This document shows, piece after piece, positions 41,657-51,772 of a stretch of DNA of 64,000 bases. The stretch covers positions 448,001-512,000 of the forward strand of contig CAWBMV010000037.1 of assembly GCA_963789955.1 (NCBI GenBank), given 5' to 3'. Position numbers and translations under genes: made by a program. A model generated the notes under the pieces. It did not search any database and was not told the DNA's origin. It saw only the letters and a list, made by a program, of their open reading frames with translations. The stretch's first letter is position 1. Every line of letters begins with the position of its first letter. This DNA comes from an uncultured Candidatus Rokubacteria bacterium (GTDB lineage Bacteria; Methylomirabilota; Methylomirabilia; Rokubacteriales; CSP1-6).

Positions 41657-42400
41657 TCCTCGAGGTCGAGTCGCTTTCCAAGAGCTTCGGCGCCCTCGCG
41701 GCGCTCTCGAAGGTGAGCTTCGCCGTCCGGCAGGGCCAGATCTTCTCGGTGATCGGGCCCAACGGCGCCGGGAAATCCACGCTCTTCAACCTGATCTCCG
41801 GGCTTCACGTGCCCAGCGCCGGCCGTGTGCGGTTCCGGGGGCGCGAGATCGCCGGGCTCGCGCCCGAGGCGATCAACCGGCTGGGCATCGCCAAGACGTT
41901 CCAGATCACGAACATCTTCCCGGAGATCTCGGTGTTCGAGAACGTGCGCGTCGCCGCGCAATCGCGCGCGCGCGAGTCGGGGCGGCTCGCCTCGCTCTGG
42001 CGTCTGCCCGACGTCGGGACGAACGTCGGCGGAGCTATTGGGCGCGTTCGGGCTCGCGGCCAAGCGCGACGAGCTGGCCGAGAATCTCTCGCACGGTGAG
42101 CAGCGCTACCTCGAGATCTGTCTGGCGCTCGCCACCGAGCCCACCCTCCTGCTCCTCGACGAGCCCACGGCGGGCATGACGCCGGGCGAGACGAAAGAGG
42201 CCACAACGCTCGTGCGTCAGATCGCCGCGGCGCGCGGCCTGACGGTGCTCCTGATCGAGCACGACATGTCGGTGGTCATGGGGATCTCGGACCGGGTCGC
42301 GGTGCTCCACTTCGGCGAGAAGATCGCCGAGGGCGCGCCGGAGCAGATCCGCAACGATCCTCAGGTGATCGAGGCCTACCTCGGGCCGCCGGAGGATTGA
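41638..42400 (+). CDS. LivG-type ABC ATPase (frameshift near 42030)
   Basis: GPNGAGKST; LSHGEQR, LDEPTAG, IEHDM. Confidence 0.9.
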
Positions 42401-43109
42401 CCTGCTCAAGGTCAAGGACGTCCACGTCGGATATGGTGCGACGCCGATCCTCTTCGGCGTGTCGCTCGAGGTACGCGCCGGCGAGGCGGTTGCGCTCCTG
42501 GGCCGCAACGGCATGGGCAAGACGACCTTGATGAAGACGGCGATCGGCTTTCTCGCTCCCTGGCGGGGCTCGATCGAGTTCGAGGGCGTCGATCTCCGGC
42601 GCCGCGCCCCGCACGAGATCGCCCGGCTCGGCGTCGGCTTCGTGCCCGAGAATCGCCGCATCTTTCCCGGGCTCACCGTCCGAGAGAATCTCGAGCTCGG
42701 CCTGTCGGCCGCCCCCGACCGTTCCGCCGCGCTCCGGCGCAAGCGCCTCGACGAAGTCTTCCACCACTTCCCGAGACTGCAGGAGCGGATCGAGCAGCCG
42801 GGCAAGACGCTCTCCGGCGGCGAGCAGCAGATGCTGGCGATCGCGCGCGTGATGATGGCCGGCGCGCGGCTGATCCTCATGGACGAGCCCACGCAGGGGC
42901 TGGCGCCCGCCTTCATCCGGCACATCCGCGACATGATCTCGGAGCTCAAGCGTCTGGGCGTGACCGTGCTGCTGGTCGAGCAGAACGCGCGGGTCGCGCT
43001 CTCCGTGTGCGATCGTGGCTACATCATGGAGAAGGGCTCGATCGTGTTCGAGGCCTCGTCGCGCGAGCTTCGCGAGAGCCCGGTGACGCGTGAGAAGCTG
43101 GGCGTCTAA
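42396..43109 (+). CDS. LivF-type ABC ATPase (start uncertain)
   Basis: GRNGMGKTT, LSGGEQQMLAIAR, DEPTQGLAP, VEQN. Confidence 0.9.
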   Translation: MDLLKVKDVHVGYGATPILFGVSLEVRAGEAVALLGRNGMGKTTLMKTAIGFLAPWRGSIEFEGVDLRRRAPHEIARLGVGFVPENRRIFPGLTVRENLELGLSAAPDRSAALRRKRLDEVFHHFPRLQERIEQPGKTLSGGEQQMLAIARVMMAGARLILMDEPTQGLAPAFIRHIRDMISELKRLGVTVLLVEQNARVALSVCDRGYIMEKGSIVFEASSRELRESPVTREKLGV

Positions 43110-43137
43110 CGCGATCTTCGGAGCGGGCCGGCGCGAC

Positions 43138-43721
43138 GTGCTGCTCCGCGCCGCGCTCGCGATCATTCTGCTGGGCGCGGTCTTCTGGCTCCTGCCGCTG
43201 CGCCGCGCCGGCGAGGACGGCGGCCATCACGGCCGCCCTGGATCCGTTCGAGAAGGCCGGCGTCGTCGAGCTCAAGGAGGGCCAGAAGGCGCCGGCGCTC
43301 GCGCTCGCCACGCTCGATGGCGGGCGCACGACCCTGGCGGATCATCGCGACAAGCTCGTCGTCGTCAACTTCTGGGCCACCTGGTGCCAGCCCTGCGCGC
43401 TCGAGATGCCCTCGCTGGAGGCGCTGTGGCGCCGCTACCGCGACCGCGGGCTGGTGGTGGTCGCGGTCTCCGTGGATCGCGGGTCGCCCCGCAATCTGCT
43501 CGAGCCATACGTGCGCAACTTGAAGCTGACGTTTCCGATTCTCCTGGACCCCGACGCCAAGCACGTCCGACGGCTGGCGCGTGACGGCGCTCCCGGCCAC
43601 CTTTCTGATCGCCCCGGGCGGCGACGCGACGGGGATGGCCGTCGGCGCGCGCGAATGGGACAGCGCCGAGATGAAGGCGCTCGTCGAGCGCCTGCTACCC
43701 GGCGCGCACAGGCACAACTGA
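43138..43721 (+). CDS. TlpA/ResA-like thioredoxin (frameshifts near 43200 and 43560)
   Basis: N-terminal TM; NFWATWCQPCALEMPSL; LPATFLI..GAREW. Confidence 0.85.
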
Positions 43722-43802
43722 TGGCGACGACCCTCTCTGGACGGCGGGCGCCGATCGTCGCAGAATCCCTCGGTGGGGCCCCAACTTGACGGAGGAACGA
43801 AC

Positions 43803-44544
43803 ATGTTCACGAGCGATCGCCGCGGATTTCTCACAGGCACGGCCGCGAGCCTCGTGGTCGCCGGGCTCACCGGCGCCGCGCGGGTGGCCGCCGCGCAAAC
43901 CGGGAGCACGAAGATGAAGCCCACAGCGCAAGATGTCCTTCTCGTGATCGACGTCCAGAACTGCTTCACGCCCGGCGGCTCGCTGGCAGTGAAGGAGGGC
44001 GACCAGATCATCCCGCTCATCAACCGGCTCGCCACCGGCTTCGAGCACGTGGTGCTCACGCAGGACTGGCACACGCCGGGACACGTCTCCTTCGCGTCGT
44101 CCCATCCGGGCAAGAAGCCGTTCGAGACGACCCAGCTGCCGTACGGCACGCAGGTCCTGTGGCCGGATCACTGCGTGCAGGGCACGCCGGGCGCCGACCT
44201 CCACAAGGATCTCCGGATCCCGCACGCCGAGCTGATCATCCGCAAGGGCTATCGCAAGCAAATGGATTCGTACTCCGCGTTCTACGAGGCCGACGGCAAG
44301 ACGCCGACGGGGCTCACGGGTTATCTGAAGGATCGCGGGCTCAACCAGGTCTTCCTGCGTCGGACTCGCGACCGACTTCTGCGTCGCCTGGTCCGCGATG
44401 GACGCGCGCAAGGCGGGCTTCGGCGCGCTGGTCATCGAGGACGCCTGCCGCGGCATCGACGCCGACGGCTCGCTCGCGAAGGCCTGGAAGGACATGCTCG
44501 GCGCCGGGGTCAAGCGCATCAAGTCGACGGACATCGCCGTCTAG
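43803..44544 (+). CDS. pncA: Nicotinamidase/pyrazinamidase with Tat-like signal (frameshift near 44355)
   Basis: IDVQN, TQDWH, WPDHCVQG, IIRKG..DSYSAF, GLATDFCV; N-terminal SDRRGFL. Confidence 0.88.
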
Positions 44545-44554
44545 GAGCAGCCGC

Positions 44555-45250
44555 CTACGAGATGGCGCGCGCGATCAGGAAGGCCGCGGCGGCCGCGACG
44601 CCGCCGATGAGAAGGGTCTGCAGTGCGGTCCGCACCGGCCAGACCCCGGTCAGGCGGCCGCGGATCCAGCCGAAGACGAGGAGCGCGGTGCCGGTGACCG
44701 CGATGGACCAGGGCAGCGCGGTGTGCGCGCTCGGGAGCAGCATGTAGGGGCAGAGCGGAATGAGCCCGCCGACGACGTAGGCGGCGGCGATCACTGTGCC
44801 GCTGGTCACCGCCCGACGCGGGTCGGGCTGCTCGAGCCCGAGCTCGAAGCGCAACATGAAGTCGCGCCAGGCCTCCGGGCGCCGGCGCAGCGCCGCGACG
44901 ACGGGGGCGCTCTGCTCAGCGGTGACGCCGTAGCGCTCGAGCAGCTCCTCGACCTCGCGGGCTTCGAGCTCGGGCTTCTGTCTGATCTCGAGCTCCTCGC
45001 GCTGCCGCTCGCTCGCGTAGTGCTCGACGTCGCTCTTGCCGGCCAGATAGCCGCCGAGCCCCATCGCGATGGAGCCGGCGACGATCTCGGCGAGGCCGGC
45101 CGTCACGACCACCGCCGTCGAGTCGACGGCGCCGGTGAGCCCGGCGGCCAGCGCGAACGGCACGGTGAGACCGTCGGACAATCCGATGACGGCGTCTCGC
45201 ACCATGAGGCCGGCGGTGAAGTGCTGCTCAACGTGTGGCGTGTATGGCAT
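44555..45250 (-). CDS. VIT1/CCC1 Fe/Mn transporter
   Basis: RDAVIGLSDGLTVPFALAAG, SIAMGLGGYL. Confidence 0.92.
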   Translation of the reverse strand: MPYTPHVEQHFTAGLMVRDAVIGLSDGLTVPFALAAGLTGAVDSTAVVVTAGLAEIVAGSIAMGLGGYLAGKSDVEHYASERQREELEIRQKPELEAREVEELLERYGVTAEQSAPVVAALRRRPEAWRDFMLRFELGLEQPDPRRAVTSGTVIAAAYVVGGLIPLCPYMLLPSAHTALPWSIAVTGTALLVFGWIRGRLTGVWPVRTALQTLLIGGVAAAAAFLIARAIS

Positions 45251-45316
45251 TGTCCCATCCCCCAGCTGGGCGCGCTCGGCAGGCCTGCGCGATCCCGGCC
45301 CTGCTAGAGTGATCGC

Positions 45317-45583
45317 ATGAAAACGTACCTGGTCGTCTTCGCGAGTGTGCTTCGTCGCCGAGCTGGGTGACAAGACCCAGATGGCCACCCTGCTGTATGC
45401 CACCGATCCGAGCGACCGGCAAGCTCGGGCGTGTTTCTCGCGGCGGCGTCCGCGCTCGTTCTCTCGACCGCACTGGCGGTCGTCATCGGCGCCCACGCCG
45501 GCGATTGGATCTCGCCGAAGGTACTCAGGACGGTCGCTGGGCTCGGCTTCATCGCGGTCGGCGCGTGGGTGCTACTGACCTGA
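45317..45583 (+). CDS. TMEM165/GDT1 (UPF0016) family protein (frameshifted)
   Basis: FVAELGDKTQ motif; 3 TM. Confidence 0.82.
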
Positions 45584-45613
45584 CGCCACGAGCGCGGCGC
45601 GCGCGAGGCTAGC

Positions 45614-46054
45614 TCACTTCCCGCGCACGGTCAGGACCGGACACGACGCAGCCGCCACGACTCGATCCGCGACGCTCCCGACGAAGAGCTTGGCCAGCCC
45701 GGCGCGGCCGTGGGTGCCCATCACGATCAGATCGACCCGCCGGGCCCGGGCGAATCGCACGATCTCTTCGGCCGGTGGCCCCTCGAGCACGAATCCCCTC
45801 GCCTTGACGCGCGCCTTCTTCGCCTGCGCCAGCAGCTTGCCGAGCTGCTTCTGCGCGAACTCGCGCGCGGATCCGGCGAGGTCGTCGTACATCTTCGCCG
45901 AGATGTAGGCGTCGCCGGGTATCGGCACGACCGGGCTGACGACGTTGATGAGCAGCAGCTCGGCGCGATTCGACTTCGCCATCTCGATGGCCTTTTTCAA
46001 GGCGGCGCGAGAGAACGAGGTGAAATCCGACGGGTGCAGAATACGGCGAGTCAT
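45614..46054 (-). CDS. Universal stress protein
   Basis: ILHPSDF, DLIVMGTHGR.G..FVGSVA..CPVLTV. Confidence 0.92.
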   Translation of the reverse strand: MTRRILHPSDFTSFSRAALKKAIEMAKSNRAELLLINVVSPVVPIPGDAYISAKMYDDLAGSAREFAQKQLGKLLAQAKKARVKARGFVLEGPPAEEIVRFARARRVDLIVMGTHGRAGLAKLFVGSVADRVVAAASCPVLTVRGK

Positions 46055-46071
46055 CGATAGCCCCCCCTGGG

Positions 46072-47061
46072 TCAGTACAGGTGACACGCGACGGCGTGCC
46101 CGGCCGTCATCGCCTTGAGCTCCGGCTCGACCCGCGAGCACTGCTCCATCGCGAACGGACAGCGCGGATGGAAGTGGCACCCCGAGGGTGGATCGATCGG
46201 CGACGGCACCTCCCCGCTCAGGATCATGTCGTCGCGCGGCGCGTCCGGATCGGCCGGCAACGCGGCCGAGAAGAGCGCCTTCGTATACGGATGGAGCGGG
46301 TTCCGGTAGAGCGACTCGGTGTCGGCGTGCTCGACGATCCGGCCGAGGTACATCACCGCGGTGCGGTGGGCGATGTAGCGCACCGTCGCCAGATTGTGCG
46401 CAACGAGCAAGAAGCTCAGCTGCTGCCTCGCCTGCAAATCTTTCAACAGATTCATGATCTGGGCGCGGATCGACACATCCAGGGCCGACACCGGCTCGTC
46501 GAGGACGATCAGCTCGGGCGAGGCGGCCAGGGCGCTCGCGAGCGCGATCCGCTGTCGCTGGCCGCCGCTGAACTCGTGCGGATAGCGCGCGGCCGCGCTC
46601 AGCGGCAGGCCGACCTGGTGCAGGACCTCCTCGACGCGCTCGAGCTTGCCGCGGCGGGTGACGCGGCGATTCACCACGAGCGCCTCGGCGATCGTCTCGC
46701 GGACGCGAAGCCGCGGATTCAGAGACGACCACGGGTCCTGGAAGACGGCCTGGACCCGCGTGTGATAGCGGCTCAGATCCCCGCCGCGAAGCGCGTGGAC
46801 GTCGCGGCCGTCGAGAAGGACGCGGCCGGCGGTCGGTTGCTCGAGCCGGAGCAGCAGGCGCGAGGTCGTCGTCTTGCCGCAGCCGGACTCGCCGACCAGG
46901 CCGAGCGTCTCCTGGTGTCCGATCGTGAAGCTGATCCCGTCGACGGCCTTCACGTGCCCCGTGGTGCGCCCGGCGAGCAGCCCGCGGGTGACGGGGAAAT
47001 GCTTCGTGAGGCCCTCGGCGCGGATCAGCGGCTCGGCGGCGATGGCTCGATCCTCCAGCAC
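46072..47061 (-). CDS. Oligopeptide ABC ATPase (DppF/OppF-like; start uncertain)
   Basis: GESGCGKTT, FSGGQRQR, DEPVSALD, CHFHPRC. Confidence 0.92.
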   Translation of the reverse strand: MLEDRAIAAEPLIRAEGLTKHFPVTRGLLAGRTTGHVKAVDGISFTIGHQETLGLVGESGCGKTTTSRLLLRLEQPTAGRVLLDGRDVHALRGGDLSRYHTRVQAVFQDPWSSLNPRLRVRETIAEALVVNRRVTRRGKLERVEEVLHQVGLPLSAAARYPHEFSGGQRQRIALASALAASPELIVLDEPVSALDVSIRAQIMNLLKDLQARQQLSFLLVAHNLATVRYIAHRTAVMYLGRIVEHADTESLYRNPLHPYTKALFSAALPADPDAPRDDMILSGEVPSPIDPPSGCHFHPRCPFAMEQCSRVEPELKAMTAGHAVACHLY

Positions 47062-48020
47062 GCGGCCTCGTGCGCCGGTCCGACGGGCATGGTTGGAGGG
47101 TACTCGCGGCGGCAACGGTCGTCCACGTACGCGCAACGGTCCGCGAAGCGACAGCCGCCCGGGAGATCGTGAAGCGGTGGCGGCTGGCCCTCGATCGAGG
47201 GCAATCGCGCGACGGTGCCCTCCATGCGCGGCACCGACGCCATCAGCGCCTCCGTGTAGGGATGCCGTGGCGCGCGGAAGAGCGCGCGCGTCGGCCCCAT
47301 CTCCACGATCCGCCCGGCGTACATCACCGCGACCCGGTCGCACATGCGCGCGACGATCCCGAAGTCGTGCGTGATGAAGAGCATGGCGAGGCCGGTGCGA
47401 GCCTGGATCTCCTTCAGCAGCGCCAGGTACTGGAGCTGGATCGTGACGTCGAGGGCGGTCGTCGGCTCGTCGGCGATGAGCACGCTCGGCTCGCCGGCCA
47501 CGGCGATCGCGCCGACGACTCGCTGCTTCATGCCGCCGCTCATCTGATGCGGGTAGGCGCGCATGCGCTGCTCGGGCGCCGCGACTTTCACCCGCCGCAG
47601 CGCCTCCTCGGCCCGGCTCGTGAGCGAGCCACCACCGTCGGTGCGATGGAGGCGGAGCGCCTCGAGGATCTGATCCCCGATGGTGAACACCGGATTGAGC
47701 GACGTTTGCGGGTCCTGCAGGATCATCGAGACGCGGCGCCCGCGAACGCGGCGCATCTCCGACTCGCTCTTCGTGACGAGATCCTCGCCGTCGAGGAGCA
47801 CCTGGCCCTCGACGATGCGCCCGGCCGGCTCGGGCAGGAGACGAACGATCGAGAGGCCGGTCATCGTCTTGCCGCAGCCCGACTCGCCGACCAGCCCGAG
47901 CGTCTCGCCGGCGCGCAGCGAGAAGCTGACGCCGTCCACCGCGCGCACGACGCCCCAGCGCGTGTGGAGATACGCGCGAAGGCCTCGCACCTCCAGCACG
48001 ACGGGGGCCTCGGCATCCAA
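47025..48020 (-). CDS. Oligopeptide ABC ATPase (DppD/OppD-like; start uncertain)
   Basis: GESGCGKT, MSGGMKQR, DEPTTALD, HPYT. Confidence 0.92.
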   Translation of the reverse strand: MDAEAPVVLEVRGLRAYLHTRWGVVRAVDGVSFSLRAGETLGLVGESGCGKTMTGLSIVRLLPEPAGRIVEGQVLLDGEDLVTKSESEMRRVRGRRVSMILQDPQTSLNPVFTIGDQILEALRLHRTDGGGSLTSRAEEALRRVKVAAPEQRMRAYPHQMSGGMKQRVVGAIAVAGEPSVLIADEPTTALDVTIQLQYLALLKEIQARTGLAMLFITHDFGIVARMCDRVAVMYAGRIVEMGPTRALFRAPRHPYTEALMASVPRMEGTVARLPSIEGQPPPLHDLPGGCRFADRCAYVDDRCRREYPPTMPVGPAHEAACWRIEPSPPSR

Positions 48021-48034
48021 CGCGCCGTGGCTCC

Positions 48035-48907
48035 TCAGACTTGCCTGAGCCGTGGATCCAGCCAATCGCGCAGCCAGTCGCCGAACAGGTTGAAGGCGAG
48101 CACGACCAGCATGATCGCGGCGCCCGGCACGACCGAGAGCCACCAGGCGCTCGCGATGTGGCTGCGGCCGTCGGCCACCATCTGGCCCCACGACGGCGTC
48201 GGCGGCGGGATGCCGGCGCCCAGGAACGAGAGCGAGGCCTCCACGATGATGACGAAGCCGATGTGGAGGGTCAGCAGCACCATGAACGTGTTGAGGACGT
48301 TCGGCACGATGTGGACGGCCATGATCCTGAGATGCGAGCAGCCGTGCACCCGGGCCAGCGCGACGAAATCGCGCGCCTTCACCGCCAGGACCTCACCGCG
48401 GACCACCCGGGCGAAGCGCGCCCAGATGAGCACGGTGATCGCGATGGCGATCGTCTGCAGGCCCTGGCCGAGACTCACCGCCAGCAGCAGCGCGATGAGG
48501 ATCGTCGGAAACGTCAGGGTCGCGTCGACCACGCGCATGAGGAAGCTGTCGACGCGGCCGCCGAGGTAGCCGGAGACGATCCCGACGATCAGCCCGATGC
48601 CCCCACCCGCCAGGAGCGCCACCGCGGCGACGATCAGGCTCACGCGCGCACCGTAGATCAGCCGGCTCAGCAGGTCCCGGCCGAGCACGTCGGTCCCGAG
48701 CAGGTGCTTCGCGCTGCCGCCCTCTTGCCACGCGGGCGGCCGCAGCTTGTCGGGCAGCGACTGCTCGGTGGGCGAGTGCGGCGCGATGAGCGGCGCCAGC
48801 ATGGCGACGAAGACCATTACCGCGATGATGACGAACGAGATCCAGGGCAGGCGCGCGAGGTCTCCGCGCCGTCGTGGGCCGGCTTCGTCGGGCGCGGTCG
48901 AGGCCAC
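48035..48907 (-). CDS. Peptide ABC permease (DppC-like)
   Basis: HLLGTDVLGRD, EASLSFLG.G.PPP. Confidence 0.92.
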   Translation of the reverse strand: MASTAPDEAGPRRRGDLARLPWISFVIIAVMVFVAMLAPLIAPHSPTEQSLPDKLRPPAWQEGGSAKHLLGTDVLGRDLLSRLIYGARVSLIVAAVALLAGGGIGLIVGIVSGYLGGRVDSFLMRVVDATLTFPTILIALLLAVSLGQGLQTIAIAITVLIWARFARVVRGEVLAVKARDFVALARVHGCSHLRIMAVHIVPNVLNTFMVLLTLHIGFVIIVEASLSFLGAGIPPPTPSWGQMVADGRSHIASAWWLSVVPGAAIMLVVLAFNLFGDWLRDWLDPRLRQV

Positions 48908-48935
48908 GAACGGAATCGCTCCTCGACGCGTGCCA

Positions 48936-49855
48936 TCAGGCGTACCGCACTCGGGGGTCGAGATAGGCGTAGAGAATGTCCACGCCGAGGTTGACGCCGA
49001 GCACGATGATCGCCTTGAGCAAGATCACCGCCTGCAGCAGCGGATAGTCGCGGAAGATCACCGCCTCGTAGGTCAACCGTCCGACGCCGGGCCACGCGAA
49101 GACGGTCTCGGTCACGATCGCGCCCGTGATCAGGAGCGCGAAGTAGACGCCGAACAGCGTCGTGACGGGGATCAGCGCGTTGCGGAGGCAGTGCTTCCAG
49201 ATGACCACCGTCTGCGAGAGGCCTTTGAGCCGCGCGAGCTTGACGAACTCGCTGCCCATCACCTCGAGCAGGCTCGAGCGAACGAGCCGCATCATGCCGG
49301 CCACCAGGAACAACCCGAGCGTGATCGCCGGCAGCACGTAGTGGCTGGGCCCTCCCATGCGGGAGGACGGCAGCAGGCCGAGCTTGATGCTGAAGACGTA
49401 GATGAGCACGATGCCGAGCCAGAACGACGGCGTGGCGATCCCCACCACCGCGATCGCGCTCGAGATTCGATCGATCGATCGTCCCGCGATAGACCGCGGC
49501 CAGCACGCCGAGCGGAATCGCGATGACCAGCGCCCCGACCATTGCCAGCGGGAGGAGCTGCAAGCGTGTTGGGCAAGCGTTCGAAGAACACCTCGGCCGC
49601 CGGCTTGCGGTATCGGATCGACTCGCCGAGATCGCCGCGCAGCAGGCCCCCGAGGAACAGATAGAGCTGCTCGTGGACGGGCCGATCGAGGCCGAGCGCG
49701 TGCAGGAAGTGCGCGCGGTCTTCCTGGGTGGCGTCCTCACGCAGGAGGAGGTCGGCGGGATTTCCGCTCACGCGCGCCAGCGCGAAGATGATCAGCGCCA
49801 GCACGAACAGGAGCACCACGCTCTGCGCGAGCCGCCGGAGGACGAATCGCTGCAC
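48936..49855 (-). CDS. Peptide ABC permease (DppB-like; frameshifts 49460-49580)
   Basis: GDLGESIR, PSFWLG, ARLKGL, TETVFAWPG. Confidence 0.9.
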
Positions 49856-49868
49856 GGTACCTTCCGCC

Positions 49869-51504
49869 TCAGGGCCAGGGTTTCGCTTCCGGGCGCGGCA
49901 TGCGCTCGGTCACGTCGCCGAACTCGTGGCGCCCCGGGATCGGCTTGAAGTACCCGACGCTCTTGGGATTCACCGCCCAGGTGCCCATGCCCTCGACGAT
50001 CGGGACGGCGATCCAGCTCTTGGCCACGAGCTCGATCATGCGGTTCGTCGCCGCCGTGCGCTTCGCGTCGTCCCTCTCGGCGACGACCGCTTCGTAGGCA
50101 CTTGTCCGCGTCGACGCACAGAGTCGGACAGCTCTGCGGATCGCCGAAGAGGTGCTGCACGCCCTTCGAGACGAACGTCGTGGCGTAGCGCGGGATCGGC
50201 TCGGGCCGCCCGGCGGTGCGGTACATCGACGCCGTCCCGACGAGCCCCTTCTGCTCGCCGCGCCCCATCGGATCGAACGCCCCCCACTCGACGGTTTTCA
50301 TCTCGACCTTGACGCCGATCTTCTCCCAGAAGCCGGCGACGGCTTCGCCGATCGGGACCATGAACGGCGTACCGGGAAGCGCGGTGTTCCAGAACGTCAT
50401 CTTGAAGCCGTTGGCCTGGCCGGCCTCGGCGAGGAGCTGCTTGGCTCGGGCCGGATCGTAGCGGAGCGCGGTCCGAGACCAGTCTTCCCACCGCGGCACG
50501 GTCATATCGCTCGAATACTTGAACGCCGCGAACGGCATCGGCCAGCGGGCTTCCTTGCCCATGACGTGGTCGATGATCTGCTGGCGGTCGATGGCAAGCG
50601 AGAGCGCCTCTCGCACGCGGACGTCGTTGAGCGGCGAGGCCTTGGTCTCCGGCCGGTAGAGGCCCCAGAACTGATAGACCGCCTGCATCGTGCCCGGCAC
50701 GCTGACGATCTTCATCCCGCCGGCGCGCGCCTCCTTGACCGCCTCGGGACCGATGCTCGCGATCGCGGCTTCGCCGGTGCGCACCATCGCCAGGCGCGTG
50801 CTCTGCTCGGGCACGAGCAGCAGGGTCAGCCGTTTGAACTGCGGCGTACCCCGCCAGTGCGGATAGGTCACCGCTTCGTACTCGATGCGGTCGCCGGGCA
50901 CGCTCCGGACGAACTTCCACGGACCGCTGCCGACCGGCTTGTCACGAAATCCCTTGGCGCCGACGGTCTCGATGTACTTCTTGGGCATGACCGAGCCTTC
51001 CATGAAGACGGCCCGGGAAAGGCTCGCGGCGAACTGCGGGATCACGCCCTTCGTATAGACGCGGACCGTGAGGTCGTCGACGACCTCGATCCGGTCGATC
51101 GCGCGGCGCAGCGCGGCAGCGCCCGACGAGATCGACTCCGGTGACATCACCCGCTCGAGGCTGAACTTGACGTCCTGCGCGGTCAGCGGATCACCGTTGT
51201 GGAAGCGCTGGCCCTTGCGCAGGTAGAAGGTCCAGCTCTGCGCGTCCGCCGCGAGCTGCCACCGCTCGGCGACCCCCGGGCCGATCCCGCCGTTCTCGAG
51301 ATCGAAGCCGACCAGCGAGTCCCAGATCGGCGCTTGATAGTGCGCGTGCGGCGCGCGCGTGTCCATGATCGGGTCCATGACCTGGGCGCCCAGGGTGTCC
51401 AGCGCGATGACGAGCGTGTCCTTGTCGGCGGCATCCGCCGTTGAACGCTCGCCCGCGACCAGAAGACCGCTCAGCGCCAGAGCCAGCAGGCTCACAATGC
51501 GCAT
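49869..51504 (-). CDS. Peptide/nickel ABC substrate-binding protein, family 5 (3' frameshifts)
   Basis: Signal peptide, FHNGDPLTAQDVKFS, PVGSGPW, VREALSLAIDR. Confidence 0.9.
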
Positions 51505-51511
51505 CTCTTTT

Positions 51512-51641
51512 TCTCCTTGAGCTACAGCGCGCCTCGGCCGGCGGGGCCCCGCCCGCGACGGCCTGTGGCGTGCACTCTCCTTGAACCACAGCGCACCTCA
51601 GCCGGCGGGGCCCCAGCCCCGCGACGGCTTGCGGCGCGCAC
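51512..51641. repeat. Direct repeat, ~64-bp unit x2, in the SBP leader
   Basis: TCTCCTTGA..ACAGCGC.CCTC.GCCGGCGGGGCCCC..GCGACGGC.TG.GGCG.GCAC at 51512 and 51576. Confidence 0.8.
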
Positions 51642-51772
51642 CACCGCGGGGATGAGCTCGACGGGTGCCGAGCCGGTCCCGCATTCTTCACGGCGCCGCC
51701 GGCCGGTGTCAAGCGGCTGTGCTTGATGTATGATCGGGCGGCCAGGGCATCCAGACTCCGTGCAGGAGAGGA

